The notes beneath the pieces were generated by a model. The model made no database searches and was not told where the DNA came from. It was given only the letters and a program-made list of their open reading frames with translations. DNA of 43,818 bases from Minisyncoccota bacterium (lineage in GTDB: Bacteria > Patescibacteriota > Minisyncoccia > Phycocordibacterales > JABAAK01), in NCBI GenBank assembly GCA_965204115.1, contig OZ241963.1, positions 187,475 through 231,292 of the forward strand. The letters run 5' to 3'. This document shows positions 1 through 8,780 of the stretch, one piece after another. The stretch's first letter is position 1. Each line of letters opens with the position of its first letter. The translations under genes were made by a program, and so were the position numbers.

Positions 1-230
1 CCGGAAGCAAGCATGTCCAACTCCATGACCCCGTCGCTGGTCGCAACTGCGAGCGTGATAACAAAATGGTCACTGGAATCGGGTGTAACGAGCGGATCAC
101 CAACATCCCCACTCTCATCCACAAAGATAAAAACTTTTTTTGCATTTTTGTAATCCATACCTACATCCCTGGTATCTTTTGCCCCTTCCTTCATTACTCA
201 CTTATTATATATCACCTACGCTCTAAACCT

Positions 231-1349
231 CTATACCACCGACCCACCGGTAACCTGCAGTCGCGCCATGCCGAGGACAATGGCGACGGCGAGGGTTTCG
301 GCGACGAGGTGGGAGCCGCCGTAGCTCATAAACGGCAGCGTGATGCCGGTGACCGGCAGCACACCGGTGGTGACGCCGATATGGAGGACGATATGAGCGA
401 AGAGGAAAATGAAAACACCGATGGCGAAGAGGGTTTCAAAGTTTGTGCGCCCGTGGGCGGCGTGCCACAGGAGGCGCCAGCCGATGACGGCGTAGAGCAG
501 GAACAGCAGGGACACGCCGACAAAGCCCCACTCCTCGGCAAAGGCAGAGTAGACGAAGTCGGACTCATACAGCGGGAGGAAGCCGAGCTTGGATTGCGTG
601 CCCGCGCCGATACCCTTGCCGAATATCTCGCCGGAGCCGATCGCTATTTTTGATTGGTAGGCGGTGTAGCCCGTTGACTGCAAATCTTCCAGTGGTGCGG
701 CAAACGAGAGCACTCGCGCTCGCTGATAGTCGGGCATAAACTGCCAGGCAACTAATGACGCCGCGACCGCGCACAGTATCAGGGCAATAATGTGCTTTTT
801 AGAGACACCGGAAACAAATATCATACCCGCCCAAATGGCAAGCAGGATTACCGACGAGCCGAGATCCGGCTGTTTAAATACCAGGAGGAATACAATACCC
901 GCTAAAGTGAGCGACACGAGTACATGCCGAATGTGGTGTATGTGTATGTGACGACTCGCGAAGTAGCGGGCTAATACAATGATCAGGATGATTTTTACAA
1001 ATTCCACTGGCTGCAGCGCGATCGGGCCGAGCACAAACCAACTTTTCGCGCCGTTAATCTCCTGCCCGAATAGGAGCAGCGCGCCCAGCACCAGCACCCC
1101 GACAAAGAAAAGAATGGAGGAGACAAACGGCCCTTTCAGTACCGTGTAGGTGTTCATTGAAAAAAAGAGCAGTATACCGATGCCTATGCCGCTGAAAATG
1201 AGCTGCTTAAAGAAAAGTGAGTCGGTGGAAAAACCTTCCATAGGAAAGTTAGTTATCAAGCCGATGCCCATCACGAGGATGATCGGCACGATGAGCAGCC
1301 AGTCAACCGTTTGAAAATGTTTTGCTAGTGCCTGCATACTACCATTCAC
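231..1349 (-). CDS. SEDS-family cell-wall polymerase (FtsW/RodA/SpoVE)
   Basis: 372-aa polytopic membrane ORF. C-terminal signature GVLPVTGITLPFMSYGGSHLV is typical of FtsW/RodA. Confidence 0.9.
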   Translation of the reverse strand: MNGSMQALAKHFQTVDWLLIVPIILVMGIGLITNFPMEGFSTDSLFFKQLIFSGIGIGILLFFSMNTYTVLKGPFVSSILFFVGVLVLGALLLFGQEINGAKSWFVLGPIALQPVEFVKIILIIVLARYFASRHIHIHHIRHVLVSLTLAGIVFLLVFKQPDLGSSVILLAIWAGMIFVSGVSKKHIIALILCAVAASLVAWQFMPDYQRARVLSFAAPLEDLQSTGYTAYQSKIAIGSGEIFGKGIGAGTQSKLGFLPLYESDFVYSAFAEEWGFVGVSLLFLLYAVIGWRLLWHAAHGRTNFETLFAIGVFIFLFAHIVLHIGVTTGVLPVTGITLPFMSYGGSHLVAETLAVAIVLGMARLQVTGGSVV

Positions 1350-2136
1350 GGACTATCGGGACAATCTCAACCCGCTCCACCTGCTTTTCGCAGAGCCCGC
1401 CGGGACATACCCCCTTCCGCAGTGTCAGCGGATGCACCCAGGTAAACTGAATAACCCGTTCCTCCCCCGGATGTATGTCTTTCTCAGCGGTGCGGGATGC
1501 GGCAATGGCTGTTCCCTCTTCGTCGTATAGGATGATCACAAAATCGGTTTTCCGAATCGAAAGTTCACCGACATGCTTTGCTATCGCCCGAACATACGGC
1601 GGCTTATCTTCCTCAATCTCACGATGCACATCTATAATCTCAAAACCGTGCGGATACGGCTGCTCCGCGAACATCGGCTCCTCCACAAAGCGAAATGAGG
1701 CAGACGACACCTCTTGTTTGCCGGTTAGGATATGGGGTACAAAAATCGGGGTGATGCCGTTCGGCATAATCGGTGTGTTTTGTGATACCCGCCCTATCAG
1801 TGTGCTCGCGGCATCATATAGCTCAATCTCAAACTGCACCTCAGGCACATAGAGCGTTTCGTTTTGATTTTCAATGTATGCGACCGCGGCATATACGCCG
1901 TCTGTGACCGGAAACGCCCGCCGCCACACATCGCGAAGCGGTTTCACCGTGATCGGACAGAGATTAGGGCAGGAACCGCCGCAGTCAATTCCCTCTTCAA
2001 GTCCGTTCTGCACACCATCATCGCAGGACGGAGGGTTGTAGAAGATACTGAAAAGAATTGCACTGATGCCGAACACCGCCAGTACCACCATCGTTAAGAT
2101 AATAAATAATTTTCTCTGCTGAGCCCATGCTGACAT
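1339..2136 (-). CDS. hypothetical membrane-anchored protein with Cys-rich N-terminal module
   Basis: 265-aa ORF with an N-terminal TM helix (LFIILTMVVLAVFGISAILFSIF) followed by CDDGVQNGLEEGIDCGGSCPNLC. Overlaps the downstream ftsW-like start by 11 nt, which suggests an operon. Confidence 0.6.
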   Translation of the reverse strand: MSAWAQQRKLFIILTMVVLAVFGISAILFSIFYNPPSCDDGVQNGLEEGIDCGGSCPNLCPITVKPLRDVWRRAFPVTDGVYAAVAYIENQNETLYVPEVQFEIELYDAASTLIGRVSQNTPIMPNGITPIFVPHILTGKQEVSSASFRFVEEPMFAEQPYPHGFEIIDVHREIEEDKPPYVRAIAKHVGELSIRKTDFVIILYDEEGTAIAASRTAEKDIHPGEERVIQFTWVHPLTLRKGVCPGGLCEKQVERVEIVPIVREW

Positions 2137-2171
2137 ACATCAGCAGTATACACCTCGCGAAACACACTCCT

Positions 2172-3281
2172 CTATCTAATGCTCTTTTGCAAATCCCGCA
2201 CAAAGCGGTCAATCACCTTTTTGGTCACATGCTGCATCACCACAATGTGGGAGCGATCTTTTTGTGTCGCCAGCTGCCATCGTTTGAGTATTTCTGCGGG
2301 CGGCTTATCAAAAAGAACCGTGTTAGAAAAATCATTCAGACAGACCGAGTACCTGATTGCTTTCAGCTTGTCGTGTAAATAGCGCGCATTCTCAATGCAC
2401 GCCCGCGCCTCCCTCTTGAAGCCCTCATACCCCCGCTTCTGAATCGCGTACCACAGCACCATCGGGCTGAACGCGTTGCGCGAACCTGAAATAGTCGTGT
2501 CGAGCGTATCAATGTACTCAATGGATCGGGATATGCTGTCCACATGATCCTTTCTGGTTAATGACACTCCGCACGGTACCGGTGAGCCGATGAATTTGTG
2601 CCCTGAAATGGCTAAGCTGTCAATCGGCTTGGTGAAGTCAACCGTCGGTGCACCCTCTAAAAACGGTAGCAGCATGCCGTACAGCGCGGCATCGCAGTGG
2701 ATGTAGTAGTCCCGTATACCCAAACGATTAAATACTTCAAGCACTCCATCAAGGTCATCAACCCCGCCCTTCATGGTCGTGCCGATATTCAAACTGCATA
2801 TCGGCACCCGGTCCGCATTACCGCGTACCGCCTTTTCAAACTGCTTCAAGTCCATCGTTCCCTCCGAGGTGGAGGGCACAACTATCGCCTTCATACCCAG
2901 CACCCGCGCGATTTTGGTGATGGAGTAGTGCGAGTCGGCAGAAAAATAGAGTACACTGTTCGGATACATCTCCCGACCTAAAAAAATACCGTGCATGTTC
3001 CCCTCAGTCCCCCCGTTTGTTACATAGCCCCAAAAATTACTCTCAGGGATGCTGTATAACCGCGCGAAAAACGCCAGCACCTCCTGCTCAAACTCCCGCG
3101 TCCCCAGGCGGTAGGTAGAATCATCATACGGATCACCTATATTGTTGAGAGGATACCGCAAAAAATCAAACAGCGCCGCATAATCAAACCGTGCGTTTGA
3201 CGGATACCCCACAAACGACCCTACCAGTCGCCGCATCTCCCGCTTTTTATCACGAAGCCGTTTTTGTATTGATCCCTGCAT
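2172..3281 (-). CDS. hdc: PLP-dependent histidine decarboxylase (group II decarboxylase)
   Basis: Motifs WGYVTNGGTEGNM, LNIGTT, HCDAALYGMLLPF, SGHKFIGSPVPCG (PLP lysine) and ISGSRN match Gram-negative-type HDC. The start is placed at the internal ATG at 3281 (MQGSIQKR), because the first 23 codons of the tracked ORF look non-coding. Confidence 0.85.
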   Translation of the reverse strand: MQGSIQKRLRDKKREMRRLVGSFVGYPSNARFDYAALFDFLRYPLNNIGDPYDDSTYRLGTREFEQEVLAFFARLYSIPESNFWGYVTNGGTEGNMHGIFLGREMYPNSVLYFSADSHYSITKIARVLGMKAIVVPSTSEGTMDLKQFEKAVRGNADRVPICSLNIGTTMKGGVDDLDGVLEVFNRLGIRDYYIHCDAALYGMLLPFLEGAPTVDFTKPIDSLAISGHKFIGSPVPCGVSLTRKDHVDSISRSIEYIDTLDTTISGSRNAFSPMVLWYAIQKRGYEGFKREARACIENARYLHDKLKAIRYSVCLNDFSNTVLFDKPPAEILKRWQLATQKDRSHIVVMQHVTKKVIDRFVRDLQKSIR

Positions 3282-3372
3282 GGTGTGTATTGTGAAAGAA
3301 GTGATGGTAGTGTACCAAGACAACTGGCAGGTAAACATAATTATCAACACAGCAAAATATATTTTGATGGTA

Positions 3373-3378
3373 TATACT
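3373..3378 (+). promoter_or_regulatory. candidate -10 box (TGgTATATACT) for the small-peptide transcript
   Basis: GATGGTATATACT matches the recurring GTGGTATA(TA)CT motif seen upstream of several genes in this window. Confidence 0.4.
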
Positions 3379-3413
3379 AAAAACCCGCACAGCGCGGGAA
3401 AGGGGGAAAGTAG

Positions 3414-3500
3414 ATGAAATCCAATTTGATTCTTCTCATTGCATTAGCCCTTATCACTTTGCATGTCTACTGGAATGAAAGAAGGGGTAGGAAAAAATAA
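3414..3500 (+). CDS. 28-aa hydrophobic peptide with basic tail (type-I-toxin-like small ORF)
   Basis: ATG lies 6 nt after the SD-like AGGGGGAAAG. The peptide is MKSNLILLIALALITLHVYWNERRGRKK. A 12-bp terminator hairpin follows immediately. The ORF is below the 60-aa cutoff of the ORF track. Confidence 0.35.
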   Translation: MKSNLILLIALALITLHVYWNERRGRKK

Positions 3501-3507
3501 TCATCGC

Positions 3508-3535
3508 GCCCCGATATGCAGTAGCATATCGGGGC
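3508..3535 (+). terminator. intrinsic terminator hairpin
   Basis: GCCCCGATATGC-AGTA-GCATATCGGGGC followed by ATATTTATTTC. Confidence 0.6.
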
Positions 3536-3571
3536 ATATTTATTTCTCGGCTTTTCATCCCATACCTACTT

Positions 3572-3603
3572 TGTGCTATTATAGTAATAGGGCTTCGTGC
3601 CCG
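3572..3603 (+). repeat. 32-nt direct repeat copy 1 (TATTAT box plus 5' hairpin GGGC-TTCGT-GCCC)
   Basis: TGTGCTATTATAGTAATAGGGCTTCGTGCCCG is 27/32 identical to 3679-3710. Confidence 0.8.
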
Positions 3604-3660
3604 CAAGTTTGCCGTTAGGCACCGCTCCCCCCTGTACAACAGGGGGGAGAAGACATTTTA
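3589..3660 (+). ncRNA. candidate small RNA 1 (about 70 nt)
   Basis: Would start about 7 nt after the TATTAT box with hairpin GGGCTTCGTGCCC. Ends in the 10-bp hairpin CTCCCCCCTG/CAGGGGGGAG (3625-3649) followed by a weak T run. Confidence 0.3.
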
Positions 3661-3678
3661 GAGACATTTGTTCTTTTT

Positions 3679-3710
3679 TGTGCTATTATGATGGCAGGGC
3701 TTCGTGCCCG
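3679..3710 (+). repeat. 32-nt direct repeat copy 2
   Basis: TGTGCTATTATGATGGCAGGGCTTCGTGCCCG. Confidence 0.8.
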
Positions 3711-3812
3711 TTTCGTATACCATCGCAAGATGGGACCGGTGACTCCTACAATGGGGAATAATCCGGAGAAAGTATTCACTAACCTCCTTTACAGGAGGTT
3801 GGTTGCGTTTTA
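3696..3812 (+). ncRNA. candidate small RNA 2 (about 115 nt)
   Basis: Shares the 5' hairpin of candidate sRNA 1. Has an internal GNRA hairpin CCATC-GCAA-GATGG. Ends in AACCTCC-TTTACA-GGAGGTT (3781-3800) followed by GGTTGCGTTTT. Confidence 0.3.
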
Positions 3813-3820
3813 TACCCCCA

Positions 3821-5857
3821 TCACTCATCAAGCCCCTCCAAATACCGAATCTCGTCCCGAACGAGAGCGGCAGTTTCAAAATCCAGCTCGGCGACAGCGT
3901 CTGCCATACGGCGCTCTTTTTCACGGATGGTTTTCTTCGGTGCTTTACGGTACTGCTCAATATCAAACTCCGCCAAAGTGGCAACCGTTTTTACCCGCCG
4001 CTCCTCCAGCTCTTCCGTGATGTCTTTAATGTTCTTTACAATCGTTTTCGGGGTGATGTTATGTTCCTTGTTGTGGGCGAGCTGCAGTTCCCTGCGCCGC
4101 TTCGTCTCCTCCATCGCCCGCTCCAATGAGCCCGTTGTCTTGTCGGCATAGAGGATGACCCGCCCGTCAACATTGCGGGCAGCACGGCCGATCGTCTGAA
4201 TGAGCGAGGTCTCCGACCGCAGAAACCCCTCCTTATCAGCATCTAAAATTGCCACCAAAGTAACCTCCGGCAAATCAAGCCCCTCCCGCAAAAGGTTCAC
4301 CCCGACCAGCACATCAAACGCCCCCTTGCGAAACTGCGTCAGCAGCTCAATCCGCTCAATTGTTTTCACCTCACTGTGTAAGTACTCCGCGCGCACCCCC
4401 GCGTCGGCTAAGTATTCCGCCAATTCTTCCGCTGTCTTTTTTGTCAGCGTGGTCACCAGCGCCCGCCCGCCCTTCGCGATGTCTTTCTGCGCCTCAGCGA
4501 TAAAATCTTTCACCTGTCCCGGGTAGTCATCGGTGCCGGTTACCGGATGCACCGCCACCTCCGGGTCCACCAAGCCCGTCGGACGAATAATCTGCTCCAC
4601 AATATGCCCCTTGCTGTGTTCCCGCTCGTACGCATCCGGCGTCGCAGAGGTGTAGACAACCGGACCAACCCGTTCAGCAAACTCTTCAAAAGTGAGCGGG
4701 CGGTTGTCCCGCGCCGAAGGCAGCCGAAAGCCGTGCTGCACCAGCGTGTCCTTCCGTGAGCGGTCTCCCGCGTACATCCCGCCGATTTGCGGCACCGTCA
4801 CATGCGACTCGTCAATCACCGTCAGAAAATCGGCATTACCATCAGCATCCTTAGGAAAGTATGAAAGGAGCGTGTGCGGCGCCTCCCCGGCAGCCCGCCG
4901 ATCAAAATGCCGCGAGTAGTTTTCAATGCCGTTGCAGTACCCGATCTCTTTAATCAGTGCCAAATCCTGTAGCGTGCGCCGCCGCAGCCGCTCATACTCC
5001 AGCACCTTCCCCTCCTTGTCCAGCTCCGCCAGCCGCTCCTGCAGCTCCTGCTCGATAGATTCAATCGCCGCCTCCTGCGCCTCCTTATCAGAGACAAAGT
5101 GCTTTGCCGGGAACAAAAAAAACGCGTCAACCGACGCGTCTTCTATCGCGCGGGTCAGCGCGTTAATGCGCGTGATGCCGCTAATGCTTGATCGATCAAA
5201 CGCAATGCGATAGATCGCCTCCTCGTTCACCGGCATAATCTCAACCGCATCCGCGATCACCCGCACCTTCCCGGACTGCAGCTCCCCCGTCGTCCGCTCA
5301 AAGTAGAGTGCTATCGCCTTCCGCACCAACTCCTCCCGCGTCAGCCCCATACCCTGCTCAATACGCAGATGCACCTTCTCATATTCCTCCGGGCTTCCCA
5401 AACCATAGATGCACGACACCGACGCAACCACCACCACATCACTTCGCGTCAGCAACGCCTGTGTCGCCGCATGCCGCAAGCGGTCAATCTCCTGATTGAC
5501 CAGTGCCTCCTTGGCGATGTAGGTGTCCGACCCCGGGACATACGCCTCCGGCTGGTAGTAGTCGTAGTAGGAGACAAAGTAGTGCACCGGACTGTTCGGA
5601 AAAAATTCTTTGTACTCCTGCGCCAGCTGTGCCGCGAGCGTTTTGTTGTGGGCGATAACCAGCGTCGGCTTATTCCACTGCGCGATGACATTCGCCGCGG
5701 TGAAGGTCTTCCCCGAGCCCGTCACCCCCAGCAGGGTTTGGTGCCGCGCATCATTCTCCAAGCCGCCAACAAGCGCGTCTATCGCCTGCGGCTGATCGCC
5801 GGCCGGCGTTTTGTCGCTCGCGAGGACAAACTTATTTCTGGACCTCATACAGCTCAA
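3821..5857 (-). CDS. uvrB: excinuclease ABC subunit B
   Basis: 678 aa with GVTGSGKTFT Walker A, helicase motifs, and a C-terminal UVR domain (ELDFETAALVRDEIRYL). Confidence 0.95.
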   Translation of the reverse strand: MSCMRSRNKFVLASDKTPAGDQPQAIDALVGGLENDARHQTLLGVTGSGKTFTAANVIAQWNKPTLVIAHNKTLAAQLAQEYKEFFPNSPVHYFVSYYDYYQPEAYVPGSDTYIAKEALVNQEIDRLRHAATQALLTRSDVVVVASVSCIYGLGSPEEYEKVHLRIEQGMGLTREELVRKAIALYFERTTGELQSGKVRVIADAVEIMPVNEEAIYRIAFDRSSISGITRINALTRAIEDASVDAFFLFPAKHFVSDKEAQEAAIESIEQELQERLAELDKEGKVLEYERLRRRTLQDLALIKEIGYCNGIENYSRHFDRRAAGEAPHTLLSYFPKDADGNADFLTVIDESHVTVPQIGGMYAGDRSRKDTLVQHGFRLPSARDNRPLTFEEFAERVGPVVYTSATPDAYEREHSKGHIVEQIIRPTGLVDPEVAVHPVTGTDDYPGQVKDFIAEAQKDIAKGGRALVTTLTKKTAEELAEYLADAGVRAEYLHSEVKTIERIELLTQFRKGAFDVLVGVNLLREGLDLPEVTLVAILDADKEGFLRSETSLIQTIGRAARNVDGRVILYADKTTGSLERAMEETKRRRELQLAHNKEHNITPKTIVKNIKDITEELEERRVKTVATLAEFDIEQYRKAPKKTIREKERRMADAVAELDFETAALVRDEIRYLEGLDE

Positions 5858-6371
5858 TCAAGAACCGTAGCGTTGTGTTCGGCGGAATACTGCCCGCCTG
5901 CTGATCGCCATACCCCATCTCCGGCTGAATGATAACCAATCGCTTCCCGCCGACTTGCATGCCCGTCACTCCCATATCAAAGCCCGGGATCACCTGCCCA
6001 CTGTCCAGCACAAAAGTAAACGCAGTACCACGCTCGGTATTCTGATCAAAAATAACCTCTTCACCCGTGTCCGGATCAATGCGCGTACCGATATAGCCCA
6101 CACTCACCGTGTTTCCCGACTCCGCAGTTTCCCCTTCACCAACCTGCAAGTCAAGAATAGTCACCGGATCAGAAAAAGCCGCAGCACCGGGTTCGGTAAA
6201 GTCGCCCTGTCCGGACAACGCTGAGTTTCCCGCCGTGTTGCCGCCCGAGAAACCGGTACGGAACATACTAAACGGAAAGATCTGTGAGAACAGCTGACCG
6301 CCGAATATAAACGGTACGAAGATTATTAATGCTAGCCCAATGGCGATGTAGGTCTGTATATTTTTTTCCAT
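5832..6371 (-). CDS. FKBP-type peptidyl-prolyl cis-trans isomerase, membrane anchored
   Basis: N-terminal TM helix. FKBP core GQVIPGFDMGVTGMQVGGKRLVIIQPEMGYG...PPNTTLRFLIELYEV. Confidence 0.85.
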   Translation of the reverse strand: MEKNIQTYIAIGLALIIFVPFIFGGQLFSQIFPFSMFRTGFSGGNTAGNSALSGQGDFTEPGAAAFSDPVTILDLQVGEGETAESGNTVSVGYIGTRIDPDTGEEVIFDQNTERGTAFTFVLDSGQVIPGFDMGVTGMQVGGKRLVIIQPEMGYGDQQAGSIPPNTTLRFLIELYEVQK

Positions 6372-6471
6372 ACAAAAATACTATACCACATTATTTTTTT
6401 GTCAAGCAAGATATCTAACATATGCTATCCTACCTATGTAGAAAATGTAGAGAAACAAAAAAACGAAAAAC

Positions 6472-6546
6472 GGCCCTATCGTCTAGCGGCTAGGACGCTG
6501 CCCTCTCACGGCAGAAACCGGGGTTCGATTCCCCGTAGGGTCACCA
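6472..6546 (+). tRNA. tRNA-Glu (anticodon CTC), CCA encoded
   Basis: Manual cloverleaf: acceptor GGCCCTA/TAGGGTC, anticodon arm CTGCC-CTCTCAC-GGCAG, T arm CGGGG-TTCGATT-CCCCG, 3' ACCA. Confidence 0.9.
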
Positions 6547-6983
6547 AGGTTTAAAGGCGGAGTCTGTGAGGACAGTGGGTTTTCCTTTGCGCCGTCGTCA
6601 CCATGGCATTGCTTTGTCAAGTTTCCACATCTTTGATGCTGTAATTGCGTATACGACGATAGTGCCATTATTTTTTTCGCCATAATGAATCTGCGCATCG
6701 TAAGATGTGCGGTGCTTAAGAAGTACTTTTTATTCGTTAAATATTTTCTTATGAATATATTACTAACAAATTTGAAGTGTTCCATTTGGGAGGTTAAACT
6801 TTTAAGCTGATGATCTGGCAAGGAAGTGCGGCTGATAGTCTTGGGCATAACAATCAATTTATTCACAGACTTATCACAGTGTGCAAGAGTGGCTTGACTG
6901 TCGATCAAGTCTCTACGGAAATACACCGATCATGGTGAACTTGAAGTAGTGCAACACCGCTTCCAAAGTGAATATCTAATGGC

Positions 6984-7009
6984 AAAAAAGAGGTTGACAC
7001 CTCTTTTTT
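6984..7009. terminator. bidirectional hairpin terminator
   Basis: AAAAAAGAGGT-TGAC-ACCTCTTTTTT. Confidence 0.55.
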
Positions 7010-7432
7010 GTTTGTATCGTCCTCTCCTGTTGGTTTGCTATTCCTCGTACTGTTACTCTACTGCGAGAGGGCAGGCATTCTCCGCTCACGCAATCTGGTG
7101 AAGTTTGTGTAAACGGCAGATTTCCTTATGATGTTACTCTATAATTGCCACATCATTTGACAATTGAGACCGTATAAAGATAATTAGAAAAATCTTAAAT
7201 ATATTTATAGCATAAAAATTTTTAATTTATATAAAAAAATCTTATTTTACAGTATATTTTATAATAAAAAATTATAAGTCAAAAAATATGCTAATCTGTA
7301 AATAAAGTATAAATTTATATTTTGTGTAAATTAATTAGTTTTTGTCTTTATTTTACAATTTTTAATAAAATATAGGAAATGATATAAAAAATAATTATTT
7401 TTTTTTGGTAAAGTTTTTTACATATGATGATG

Positions 7433-7460
7433 TTGACAAAATACATTCCTCATGTATACT
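7433..7460 (+). promoter_or_regulatory. sigma70-like promoter TTGACA-N16-TATACT at the head of the 4-gene operon
   Basis: TTGACA is at 7433-7438 and TATACT at 7455-7460. The -10 box overlaps the tracked ATG at 7452, so either the promoter call or that start is wrong. Confidence 0.35.
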
Positions 7461-7880
7461 GTTTTTATAACCCGAGCAAATACAATTAACGATCTGTTCG
7501 CTGAGCCGAAGGAACTGCTTGATTCTATCGTGCCTGCTCTAAAAAGCAAGGTCTCCATTGACCAAAAAACGCTTGAGCCCGCCTTATCGTCGGCTGATGT
7601 GATAAAAGAGAAAACTCGCATTAAAGCACTCTGGTATCTGCTGGCGAAGAAGGCGGTTGAGTTATCGCCTGAAGCGGCAAAGGGTGATCAAATTGGAATG
7701 TCAGCAATAAAACTTGCTGATGCTCTTCGTTTAACGAAAGGACAGAGTGATGGGGCCGTGAATACACTCAAACGAGAGGGGGTAATTACGGTTTTTACTA
7801 AGAGGGGGAAAGAGGTCTTGTATCATATACCAGATCATATGGTAGAAACTGCAATCAAAATCGTGCAAGAAAAAAAGTAG
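7452..7880 (+). CDS. hypothetical small protein with C-terminal winged-helix-like domain (paralog A)
   Basis: 142 aa. The C-terminus MSAIKLADALRLTKGQSDGAVNTLKREGVITVFTKRGKEVLYHIP reads as helix-turn-helix plus a beta-hairpin wing. First gene of a tightly packed co-directional operon. Confidence 0.6.
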   Translation: MYTVFITRANTINDLFAEPKELLDSIVPALKSKVSIDQKTLEPALSSADVIKEKTRIKALWYLLAKKAVELSPEAAKGDQIGMSAIKLADALRLTKGQSDGAVNTLKREGVITVFTKRGKEVLYHIPDHMVETAIKIVQEKK

Positions 7881-7889
7881 GTAATTATT

Positions 7890-8306
7890 ATGGAAGAATA
7901 TATAACAAAAAAAGAATTTACAGCCCTTGAAAAGAGAGTAAAAAAAATAGAGAGGGCGTTTGGTGCTGATGCAAACACGGGCACTAAGAAAGTAAGGCGT
8001 GTGGAATCATCGTCTGAGTTTTTAAGAAAAAAAGATCTGAAAACTGCTATGGACGCTGTTATTTGTATTGTGTATTTTATTGAAAACGGAAGTGATGAGG
8101 ATGTTGGGGTTACATCTAGTGATATAGAGCAGGGGCTTAGAAAAGCGCGACAAATTGTTCCTAAAAATATATCAGACTGCCTTGCCAAGTGTGCGAAAAA
8201 AGGTCTTATCCAAGAGAGTGGTGACGATAAGAGGGAGGGTAAAAAAGTTTGGGTACTGACGAATACTGGGATTGAATATGTCGAAAACCTTGATAAAGAA
8301 GAATAA
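7890..8306 (+). CDS. hypothetical small protein with C-terminal winged-helix-like domain (paralog B)
   Basis: 138 aa, 9 nt after gene A. N-terminal charged helix and Ser/Lys-rich linker, then AVICIVYFIENGSDEDVGVTSSDIEQGL...KKGLIQESGDDKREGKKVWVLTNTG. Confidence 0.65.
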   Translation: MEEYITKKEFTALEKRVKKIERAFGADANTGTKKVRRVESSSEFLRKKDLKTAMDAVICIVYFIENGSDEDVGVTSSDIEQGLRKARQIVPKNISDCLAKCAKKGLIQESGDDKREGKKVWVLTNTGIEYVENLDKEE

Positions 8307-8312
8307 ATACTT

Positions 8313-8780
8313 ATGAATGACAAACAGTTTAAAATCATAGTTGACTTATTGAAGGAGATACGCGATGCCCTGAAAAAGTCTGAGTCTGCTGCTACTTCTG
8401 TAAAAAATAGTTCAAAGAAGAGGAACGCCTTCCCAGCAGTGCCATGGGAAACATACATAAAAAATAAACAACCGAAAAATGATTATGAGGTCGTTGCAGT
8501 TGTGGTTGATTATCTTACAAAAACAGGAAAAGAGGTTACGATAGAAAGTATTATTGAGTTTATTCGTGAAAGTTCGGTTGCGTTCTCAAATGTAAGAGAT
8601 CCCGAGAAGGTTGTGAACAATACGAAAAATAATAAACACTATGGTTATATTGAATTTGTCGATAAGAAAAAAAGAAAGCATTATCGACTAAGCATTAAAG
8701 GGTCTCAGTTTATAAATATATTGCAAGAAAAAAAATTATCTCCCGCTAATGAAATCTATGATGGCAAAAAGAAAAAGTAA
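8313..8780 (+). CDS. hypothetical small protein with C-terminal winged-helix-like domain (paralog C)
   Basis: 155 aa, 6 nt after gene B, with the same layout as B: VVAVVVDYLTKTGKEVTIESIIEFI...GYIEFVDKKKRKHYRLSIKG. Confidence 0.65.
   Translation: MNDKQFKIIVDLLKEIRDALKKSESAATSVKNSSKKRNAFPAVPWETYIKNKQPKNDYEVVAVVVDYLTKTGKEVTIESIIEFIRESSVAFSNVRDPEKVVNNTKNNKHYGYIEFVDKKKRKHYRLSIKGSQFINILQEKKLSPANEIYDGKKKK

Noticed and set aside
6483-6926. 147-aa minus-strand ORF running into and overlapping tRNA-Glu. Considered as a possible integrase C-terminal remnant next to the tRNA.
   Set aside because: It overlaps the tRNA gene. It has no R...HxxR...Y recombinase motifs that I can see, and its composition is low-complexity and hydrophobic. 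It is treated as non-coding, although a decayed integrase cannot be excluded without an HMM search.
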